Assembly: GCA_036257225.1 (NCBI GenBank)
Contig: DATAFZ010000158.1
Span: 1 to 38,148 of the forward strand
Source of the DNA: Candidatus Limnocylindrales bacterium
Lineage (GTDB): Bacteria > Chloroflexota > Limnocylindria > Limnocylindrales > CSP1-4
Reading direction: 5' to 3'
Length of the DNA: 38,148 nucleotides
The translations under genes and the position numbers were made by a program. The notes beneath the pieces were generated by a model that did not search any database, was not told the origin of the DNA, and worked only from the letters and a program-made list of their open reading frames with translations. Below are positions 32,104-38,148 of the stretch, one piece after another (position 1 is the stretch's first letter; each line of letters opens with the position of its first letter).

Positions 32104-32508
32104 ATGCATCGTTTCCTCCAAGGCCTCGCGATCGCCGGCATCGCCGTCCTCACGATCGCCTGCTCCAGTGGCGGCGGCGCCACCTCGGCACCAGCCTCAG
32201 TCGCCCCGAGCAGCCCCGCCGCCTCGGCGCCAGCCAGCGGCGGTGCCGTGGTCGTGGCTAAAGACCTCGCGTTCCAGCCGACGTCGTTGACGATCGCGGC
32301 CGATACGCCGACCGACATCGTCCTGGACAACCAGGAGAACGTGCCACACAACATCGCCATCAAGGACACCGCCGGCGCGACAGTGCTCAAGGGTGAGATC
32401 GTGACGTCCGCCCAGGTGACCAACGCGGTGCCGGCACTGCCCGCGGGTCAGTACACGTTCTGGTGCGAGGTCCATCCCAACATGACGGGAACGCTCACCG
32501 CCGAGTAA
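32104..32508 (+). CDS. Blue-copper (cupredoxin, plastocyanin/amicyanin-like) lipoprotein
   Basis: Lipobox AVLTIAC-SSGGG. The type-1 Cu ligand pattern is H (NVPHN) ... C-x2-H-x3-M (FWCEVHPNM). GAAGGAG lies upstream of ATG 32104. Confidence 0.85.
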   Translation: MHRFLQGLAIAGIAVLTIACSSGGGATSAPASVAPSSPAASAPASGGAVVVAKDLAFQPTSLTIAADTPTDIVLDNQENVPHNIAIKDTAGATVLKGEIVTSAQVTNAVPALPAGQYTFWCEVHPNMTGTLTAE

Positions 32509-32535
32509 GGCGGCGCGCTTCTCGCGATCGAGTCC

Positions 32536-32575
32536 GACCCCGGGTCCCGCGAAGGATCCGGGGTCGTTCGTTTGG
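32536..32575 (+). terminator. Strong intrinsic terminator after the cupredoxin gene
   Basis: A 12-bp stem GACCCCGGGTCC / GGATCCGGGGTC with loop cgcgaa, followed by GTTCGTTTGG. Confidence 0.7.
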
Positions 32576-32590
32576 CGGGGGGATCCGTGC

Positions 32591-32731
32591 GTGGACTCAC
32601 AGACCACAACAGTGGCCTGGAGAGCCCCACCGGGCGCCCTCGCCGACGTTGCGTGGTCCCAGCGTCCACGATCCCGCTCGAGGAGCAGCAACCTCGACGC
32701 CTCGACATTCTCGCGTGGACTGCCAGTCCAC
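32591..32731. repeat. Three 17-bp palindromic sites (GTGGWC-N5-GWCCAC) spaced exactly 62 bp apart
   Basis: GTGGACtcacaGACCAC (32591-32607), GTGGTCccagcGTCCAC (32653-32669) and GTGGACtgccaGTCCAC (32715-32731). Each is preceded by GC. A half-site GTCCAC lies at 32786-32791. Confidence 0.55.
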
Positions 32732-32878
32732 CCCTCGACCCGCCGAGCGCACCGGGCGCGCCCCACAGGCACGTTTTCAGGCCGAGTCCACGGATCCAGG
32801 CTTCCTCGAAGCGATCCCGCGTCTGTCAGTCGCGAGATTGCGCCGAGCAGACCAATCGGTCACGCTTCGCCGCCAAAA

Positions 32879-32895
32879 CGTGACGCTCAGTCACG
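32879..32895. promoter_or_regulatory. 17-bp palindrome (operator-like) ~40 nt upstream of the ABC transporter start
   Basis: CGTGAC-gctca-GTCACG, with an additional GTCACG at 32859-32864. It has the same 6-N5-6 architecture as the upstream sites. Confidence 0.4.
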
Positions 32896-32933
32896 TGCCG
32901 CCCGAACGAGACGGACGATCCCAACGGAGACCG

Positions 32934-33857
32934 ATGCTCGAGATCGATGACCTCGCCAAGCGCTACGGGAACGTCGTGGCGCTCGACGGCGCCACGTTCA
33001 CGGCGCGGCCGGGCCGCGTCGTCGGCTTCCTCGGACCCAACGGCGCCGGGAAGACGACCACGATGCGCTGCATCTTCGGGCTGGCGCGTCCCGATCGCGG
33101 TACGGTCCGCTGGAAGGGCCAGCCGGTCGACCGCGATGCGCGCCTGCGGTTCGGCTATATGCCGGAGCAGCGCGGACTCTATCCGCGGATGCGCGTCGGT
33201 GAGCAGATGAGCTATTTCGCGCAACAGCACGGCTTGCGCGCTCGCGATGCGGAAGCGGCCTCCGCCCGGTGGCTCGACCGGATGGGGCTCGCCGATCGGG
33301 CGAAGTCGAAGCTCGAGGAGCTGTCCCACGGCAACCAGCAAAGGATCCAGCTCGCCGTCGCCCTGGCGCATGACCCGGAGCTGCTGGTCCTGGATGAGCC
33401 GTTCTCCGGGTTGGACCCGATCGGGATCGCGACGATGACCGAGGTCGTGCATGAGCGCGCGGCCGCCGGCGTCGGGGTCCTGTTCTCGAGCCATCAGCTC
33501 GATCTCGTCGAGGATGTCTGTGAGGACGTCGTCATCATCGCCCGCGGCCGGATCGTCGCCGCAGGCGCGATCGAGGAGCTCAAGGCGCGCTCCGGGCGCC
33601 GTCACCTGGAGGTCGAGGTGGTCGGCTCGGGTGGCGCGTGGCTGGACGGCGACGGATCGCTGACCGTCCTGGAGCGCTCGGGCGATCGCGTCAAGCTGCT
33701 CGTAGCCGACGATGTCGATCTCGACGGGATGCTGGCGCGCGCCCGTGCGGCCGGTGAGGTGCGCATGTTCGCGTACGAGCCCCCGAAGCTGTCTGAGCTG
33801 TTCATGGAGGCGGTCACACCGACGTCGCCCGGACCGGACCTGGAGGCGTCTCGATGA
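32934..33857 (+). CDS. ABC transporter ATP-binding protein (ABC-2/NatA-like, with a C-terminal accessory domain)
   Basis: Walker A GPNGAGKTTT, Q-loop, signature LSHGNQQRIQLA, Walker B LLVLDEPFSGLD, and H-loop SSHQL. GGAGA lies upstream of ATG 32934. The first 157 codons of the track ORF are non-coding. Confidence 0.9.
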   Translation: MLEIDDLAKRYGNVVALDGATFTARPGRVVGFLGPNGAGKTTTMRCIFGLARPDRGTVRWKGQPVDRDARLRFGYMPEQRGLYPRMRVGEQMSYFAQQHGLRARDAEAASARWLDRMGLADRAKSKLEELSHGNQQRIQLAVALAHDPELLVLDEPFSGLDPIGIATMTEVVHERAAAGVGVLFSSHQLDLVEDVCEDVVIIARGRIVAAGAIEELKARSGRRHLEVEVVGSGGAWLDGDGSLTVLERSGDRVKLLVADDVDLDGMLARARAAGEVRMFAYEPPKLSELFMEAVTPTSPGPDLEASR

Positions 33858-35050
33858 GTCGCTGGCGAAGCGTGTGGCTGGTCGCCAAGCGCGAGATCCT
33901 CGAGCGCGGCCGGAGTCGCGGGTTCATCTTCTCGGTGGTGTTCACGACGCTCCTCGTGATCGGCTCGTTCGTCCTGCCGACCGTCTTGTTCGGCGACGAC
34001 CAGGCGGCCCGCATCGGCATCGTCCGCCCGACACCGCCCGGTCTCGAAGGGGCGATCACCGCCACCGCCGCGCAGCTCGACCAGCCGGTCGAGATCGTGC
34101 CCTTCGACGATCCGGCGGCTGCGGATGCTGCCCTCGCGTCAGACAACGTCGACGTCGTCGCCGAGGTCCCAAGCGATCTGTCGTCGCCCGGGGCGATCCG
34201 CTTCGCCAGTGACGCGGACCAGGTCGTCTCCCAGATCATCTCGGCCGCCGTCGTCGCGCTGCGTTTCCAGGACATCGTGGCCGACGCCGGTGTCGATCCC
34301 GGCGTGCTCCTTGCCGCGCAACAGCCACCGAGCGTCGATTCGCTCGACCCGGAGACCGAGGCCGATCAGTCGCGCTTCCTGTTCGCCAACATCGGCGCGG
34401 TGCTGATCCTGGTCGGTATCTTCAGCTTCGGGTTCACGGTGCTCACGGGCGTAGTCGAAGAGAAGCAGAGCCGTGTGGTCGAGGTCGTGCTCGCCACGGT
34501 CCGCGCCCGCGACCTGCTGATGGGCAAGGTGCTCGGGATCGGCATCCTCGGTGTCGTCCAGCTCGTGGTGTTCGTGGTCGCCGCGCTGGGAGCGGCGATG
34601 TGGACCGATCGGTTCGTGCTGCCCGAGGCCACGCCAAGCGCGGTCGCCCTGTTGGTGGTCTGGTTCGTGCTCGGCTACGCGCTGTATTCGACCGCGCTGG
34701 GGTTCCTCGGCGCCCTGGCCTCGCGGCTGGAGGAGGCGTCGAACGCGTCGACGCCGGTGACGATGATCGCGATGATCAGCTACTTCGTCGCCATCTTCGC
34801 CGTCATCAACGACCCGTCTGGGCTCGTGGCGCAGGTGGCCACGTACATCCCGGCATCAGCGCCGTTCGTGGTGCCGTTGCGGGCGGCGTTCGACGCCATC
34901 TCCGGCGTGGAAGTCGCGATCTCGATCGTCGTTACCGTCGCTGCGATCTGGGTCCTGTTCGCGATCGGGGCGCGGGTATACGCCGGCGCCGTGCTCCAGA
35001 CGGCCGGCAGGATGAAGATCCGCGACGCTTGGCGGTCGGCCGGGGAGTGA
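33854..35050 (+). CDS. ABC-2 family transporter permease (NatB-like, large extracytoplasmic loop after TM1)
   Basis: ATGA start/stop overlap at 33854-33857. TM1 (FIFSVVFTTLLVIGSFVL) is followed by a ~130-aa loop and then five further hydrophobic helices. Confidence 0.85.
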   Translation: MSRWRSVWLVAKREILERGRSRGFIFSVVFTTLLVIGSFVLPTVLFGDDQAARIGIVRPTPPGLEGAITATAAQLDQPVEIVPFDDPAAADAALASDNVDVVAEVPSDLSSPGAIRFASDADQVVSQIISAAVVALRFQDIVADAGVDPGVLLAAQQPPSVDSLDPETEADQSRFLFANIGAVLILVGIFSFGFTVLTGVVEEKQSRVVEVVLATVRARDLLMGKVLGIGILGVVQLVVFVVAALGAAMWTDRFVLPEATPSAVALLVVWFVLGYALYSTALGFLGALASRLEEASNASTPVTMIAMISYFVAIFAVINDPSGLVAQVATYIPASAPFVVPLRAAFDAISGVEVAISIVVTVAAIWVLFAIGARVYAGAVLQTAGRMKIRDAWRSAGE

Positions 35051-35064
35051 CCTTCGCGGCGATC

Positions 35065-36009
35065 TCAGTCGAGTGGTTCGAACAGGCCGGGTAGCCCGCC
35101 TGCGTGCCAGAACACGATCCGCTCGCCGTCCCAGGCGCTCGACCTGACACCGGCCACCAGCCCAGCCAGCGCCTTAGCGGTGTAGATCGGGTCGACGAGG
35201 ATCGCCTCGGTCCGCGCCAGCAGCGCGGCCGCCTCCTCGGCCGCCGCCGTCCGTCGGCCGTAGCCGTCGCCGAGCTGGGACTCGTCGAGGTCGATGACGG
35301 ACGGCTCGACGACGCTGCCGAGGGCGTCGACCATCGCGGCGATCACGGGCCGGAGCTCGGCCGCCGACCGGGCGACCACGACGCCCGTGACGGCCATCGA
35401 CTCCGGGCGACCCGCGAGCAGCCCCGCGTGGGTCCCACCGGTCGCGGTCGGCAGGACGATCCGGTCGAGGCCGAGCCCGATCGCGGCTGCTTGCTCGAGG
35501 ATCTCCCCCATCGCCAGCAGCTGGCCGTGCGCGCCGATCGCACCGGAGCCGCCGACACCAATGACGTACGGGCGACCGCCGGCCGCTTCGACTTCTGCGG
35601 CCACCCGCTCGACGGTCGCCTCGCGCTCGGCTCGGTCGGCGGTCGGCAGCAGATGGAGGGTCGCGCCGAAGGAGCTGGAGAGCCGGATCGCCGGGCCGGG
35701 CGGGTCGACCTGTGGACCGGACAGCACGAGATGGACGCGGAGCCCGGCCCGAGCGCCGGCCGCTGCCGTGAGTCGCGCGTGGTTCGACCATCGCCGACCG
35801 CTGGTGATGACCGTGTCGGCGCCCCGCGCCAGCGCCTCGCCGATCAGGAACTCCAGGTTCCGCAGCTTGTTGCCGCCGAATGCGAGCGGGAGGAGATCCT
35901 CACGTTTGGCCCACAGGTCCACACGGCCACCGAGCGCTTCGCAGAAGCGAGGCAGGGCATGGAGCGGTGAGGGCGCGTCGATGAGCGGGAACCTGGGCGG
36001 GGACGCCAT
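35065..36009 (-). CDS. PLP-dependent ACC deaminase / D-cysteine desulfhydrase family enzyme
   Basis: LWAKREDLLPLAFGGNKLRNLEFLIGEAL contains the PLP Lys in GGNK. SNHARLTAAA and GGTHAGL are also typical of this fold-type II family. Confidence 0.85.
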   Translation of the reverse strand: MASPPRFPLIDAPSPLHALPRFCEALGGRVDLWAKREDLLPLAFGGNKLRNLEFLIGEALARGADTVITSGRRWSNHARLTAAAGARAGLRVHLVLSGPQVDPPGPAIRLSSSFGATLHLLPTADRAEREATVERVAAEVEAAGGRPYVIGVGGSGAIGAHGQLLAMGEILEQAAAIGLGLDRIVLPTATGGTHAGLLAGRPESMAVTGVVVARSAAELRPVIAAMVDALGSVVEPSVIDLDESQLGDGYGRRTAAAEEAAALLARTEAILVDPIYTAKALAGLVAGVRSSAWDGERIVFWHAGGLPGLFEPLD

Positions 36010-36012
36010 CGG

Positions 36013-36038
36013 GCCGATGGTAGCGACCTATCATCGGC
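36013..36038. promoter_or_regulatory. Inverted repeat inside a 31-bp divergent intergenic region
   Basis: GCCGATG (36013-36019) / CATCGGC (36032-36038). TATCAT (36029-36034) lies 6 nt before ATG 36041. On the minus strand, TACCAT lies 7 nt before ATG 36009. There is no room for Shine-Dalgarno sequences. Confidence 0.3.
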
Positions 36039-36040
36039 AT

Positions 36041-36499
36041 ATGCCCGAACCCGCCGAGCCCACGACGCATATGGGCATGCCCGCGTGGGGATTCGCGTTC
36101 CCTGGGCCGCTGCGCGACGAGCTCACGGCACTCGCGCTCGATGGGACGAAGACCGCGACGGCCAGCCTCGCCGTGGACTTCGTGGTCGAGGGCGCCACGC
36201 CGCCGCGAGCTGGCGACCGCGAAATCATGCTCGATTCGGAGGGTCGACCGGTGGCGATCGTGGAGATCACCAAGGTCGAGCTCTCGACGATCAAGCTGGT
36301 GGGCGACGAGTTCGCCAGGGCCGAGGGCGAGGGTTTCGCCGACGCGCATGACTGGCGGGTCGCGCATGAGCGGTTCTGGAACGGTTACATCGACGACCTT
36401 CGTGCTGGGTTACGGGACCCCGGCTTCCAGCTCGACGATTCCACCGTGGTCGTCTGCGAATGGTTCCGGGTGGTCGAGCGGCTGGATCGGCCGGCCTGA
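36041..36499 (+). CDS. ASCH-domain protein
   Basis: LRDELTALALDGTKTATASL...PRAGDREIMLDSEGRPVAIVEITKVE...FARAEGEGF matches the ASCH beta-barrel pattern. An alternative start is ATG 36071. Confidence 0.8.
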   Translation: MPEPAEPTTHMGMPAWGFAFPGPLRDELTALALDGTKTATASLAVDFVVEGATPPRAGDREIMLDSEGRPVAIVEITKVELSTIKLVGDEFARAEGEGFADAHDWRVAHERFWNGYIDDLRAGLRDPGFQLDDSTVVVCEWFRVVERLDRPA

Positions 36500-36915
36500 T
36501 GGCCTCGCGGATCACGCCCGACGACCGGGTCACGACCGTCGGCCAGCACGCTGGCATGCAGCGTTCGATCGCGATCTCGCGGCCCACGGTCGGAGCGGAG
36601 CGACTGTACTCATCGATCGTGTCGACGGCGCCCGGCGACAAGACCCGCATCCACCATCACGGCGATTGCGAGACGTCGATCTACATCGTGTCGGGGCGGG
36701 CTCGGTATACGTGGGGCCCGACCGGTCTGGAGGAGGAGATGCACGCGGAGGCCGGCGACTTCGTCTACATCCCGGCCGGCGAGATCCATGTCGAGGAGAA
36801 CGCCAGCGCGAGCGAGCCGCTCGTCGTGGTCCTGACGCGAAACTGCCCCGATTCCCACGTGGTGTACGTCGACGGCGGCCCGGATGGCGCCGACGACGTC
36901 CCGGCGCCCTGCTGA
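36499..36915 (+). CDS. Cupin-domain protein
   Basis: Cupin motifs G(D)KTRIHHHGDCETSIYIVSG and GDFVYIPAGEIHVEEN. ATG 36499 overlaps the ASCH stop (TGATG). Confidence 0.8.
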   Translation: MASRITPDDRVTTVGQHAGMQRSIAISRPTVGAERLYSSIVSTAPGDKTRIHHHGDCETSIYIVSGRARYTWGPTGLEEEMHAEAGDFVYIPAGEIHVEENASASEPLVVVLTRNCPDSHVVYVDGGPDGADDVPAPC

Positions 36916-36925
36916 GCGCCGGCAG

Positions 36926-38038
36926 GTGACCGCCACTTGGCGCGACCGGACCCTGCTCGAGCTGCTGACCGAGTTCGGGCTCGAGTTGCTCCCCGAACAC
37001 GACTTTCCTACCGACGGCTGGTCCGGGGCGACCTTCAGCAGCCTGCTCGATGGCTACGGTCGGCGGTTCGTCCTCAAACGGACGTCCCTCGCGGTCGACT
37101 GGATCGCCCGGGCGACGTTCGATCACGACCTGCGCGAGGGCTGGATGGCGGCGATCGGGGCCCGCGAGGTCGGTTGGGCGCGCGCGGACTTCGTCCCCTA
37201 TCTCGGCGCGGCGGCCGACGGCGACGGTGTCGCGATCCTCACGCCGGATCTGTCGAATGAGCTGATCGCCTGGGAGCGGCCCGGTCACGACCCGACGATC
37301 GATGACGAGACGCTCCTGCGTGTGGTCCAGGCGATGGCGCGGCTCCATGCGGTCCCGTGGAGCCGGAGCTTGGAGGCCGCGCTGGAGCGGGAATCGCAAG
37401 CACCGCCTCCGTGGTGCCCCCTCCCGGAACGCCTGACCCTGCTTGCTCCGCAGGCGGCGGCGCGGTACCAGGCCGACGGCAACCCCGTCGGCGCCCGGTT
37501 CATCGCGGGCTGGGAAGCGTTCGAGCGCGCCGCGCCCCACCAGGCATGGGACCTCGTCGAGCGACTCGGCGAGGACCCTTCGCCGCTCGTGCTCGCGCTC
37601 GAGGTGCTTCCGTGGGTCGGGCTGCACGGGGATCTGAAGCTCGCGAACGTCGCTCTGCTCCCTGATCGCCACGTCGCCTTCATCGACTGGCAGATGACCA
37701 TGCGAAGCCCCGTCGCTGTCGAGCTCGGTTGGTTCCTGGTATCGAACAGCGGCTCGCTCCCCGTCGGCCCCGACGAGGTCCTGCGGACCTACCGCGACGC
37801 GCTCGACTGGGACAGCGGCCGCTGGGGGTTCGGCACCGAGCCGCACGACTTCGCCGGCCTTGCCGGCGACTGGGATCTGCAGCGCGACCTCACATGGATC
37901 ATCGGGCTGCTGCTCCGCGGGTGGCGGAAGGGTCTCGACGCCGAGGCGGGAGAGATGCTGCCCTCGGGGGTGAGCGCCGCAGAGGACTTGGCCTGGTGGT
38001 CCGAGCGCGCGTTGGAGGCGGCGGCGCGGCGGCTGTGA
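36926..38038 (+). CDS. Phosphotransferase (APH/choline-kinase-like) family protein
   Basis: Brenner/catalytic motif LHGDLKLANVAL followed by AFIDWQ. The N-terminal lobe contains FVLKRT (Lys). The preferred start is GTG 36926, 10 nt after the cupin stop; the track start 36884 overlaps the cupin gene. Confidence 0.8.
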   Translation: MTATWRDRTLLELLTEFGLELLPEHDFPTDGWSGATFSSLLDGYGRRFVLKRTSLAVDWIARATFDHDLREGWMAAIGAREVGWARADFVPYLGAAADGDGVAILTPDLSNELIAWERPGHDPTIDDETLLRVVQAMARLHAVPWSRSLEAALERESQAPPPWCPLPERLTLLAPQAAARYQADGNPVGARFIAGWEAFERAAPHQAWDLVERLGEDPSPLVLALEVLPWVGLHGDLKLANVALLPDRHVAFIDWQMTMRSPVAVELGWFLVSNSGSLPVGPDEVLRTYRDALDWDSGRWGFGTEPHDFAGLAGDWDLQRDLTWIIGLLLRGWRKGLDAEAGEMLPSGVSAAEDLAWWSERALEAAARRL

Positions 38039-38148
38039 CGTCCGCGCTCCGGACCGTCCAGATGTTGCAAGTGGGTCCCGAGGGCCTGCGCACCGCCGCT
38101 GCAGGCTAGGCCGGCGCCGCGAGGTCGCGGCGCGGGAACACGATAAGC

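Noticed and set aside
31398-32423. A 341-aa minus-strand ORF.
   Set aside because: It is antisense to both the 4-TM protein and the cupredoxin gene, and both of those have clear signatures. The ORF's composition is not protein-like.
32591-32791. A possible CRISPR array, because of regularly spaced repeats.
   Set aside because: The repeats are only 17 bp and degenerate, with three full copies. The 45-bp intervals partly resemble each other, and no cas genes or leader are present. An operator or REP-like interpretation fits better.
1-38148. Mobile elements, prophage, a genomic island, and tRNA or rRNA genes.
   Set aside because: I saw no transposase, integrase, recombinase, phage structural genes, long terminal inverted repeats or tRNA-like cloverleaf candidates. 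Only short dispersed intergenic motifs are present.
38107-38148. A possible 3-prime end of a minus-strand gene (…LIVFPRRDLAAPA-stop) at the window edge.
   Set aside because: Only 13 codons are visible, which is too short to support a call.

Overview
This is a very GC-rich, tightly packed bacterial chromosomal segment; third codon positions are almost always G or C. The gene content looks actinobacterium-like by inference: a PAC2-family protein, a WYL regulator, a DesA-type acyl-ACP desaturase, an HhH-GPD repair protein, and many starts that look leaderless. I can support 36 protein-coding genes, 2 of them short peptide ORFs, and no partial genes. I found no rRNA, tRNA, CRISPR array, transposase, integrase or phage genes. 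Most long ORFs in the six-frame track are antisense or out-of-frame shadows of real genes, as expected at this GC content. Gene order: lipoprotein; membrane-anchored SagB-type nitroreductase; a TetR-controlled GcvT-like plus FAD-oxidoreductase pair; an ABC-2 exporter with a NEW3-like surface protein; PAC2; WYL regulator; DUF4112; acyl-ACP desaturase; HipA-like kinase plus DUF3037; a degenerate GGDEF-like protein; MocR regulator; HhH-GPD protein; a secreted protein with a caspase-like His/Cys dyad; DEAD-box helicase; serine hydrolase; a GreA fusion; an operon of a 6xGAF-4xPAS histidine kinase, a REC protein and a LuxR response regulator; a membrane protein plus cupredoxin lipoprotein; a second ABC-2 exporter; and an ACC-deaminase-like / ASCH / cupin / APH-like kinase cluster. 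The candidates I rate most worth follow-up are: (1) the overlapping HipA-like kinase + DUF3037 pair; (2) the giant multi-GAF/PAS kinase operon; (3) a DUF4405-like membrane domain fused through a Tat-like motif to an orphan SagB-type flavoenzyme; (4) GreA with a ~250 aa unknown N-terminal extension; and (5) several lower-GC intergenic regions with phased palindromes and recurring short motifs that no annotated gene explains. All family assignments come from motif recognition by eye. No database search was run.
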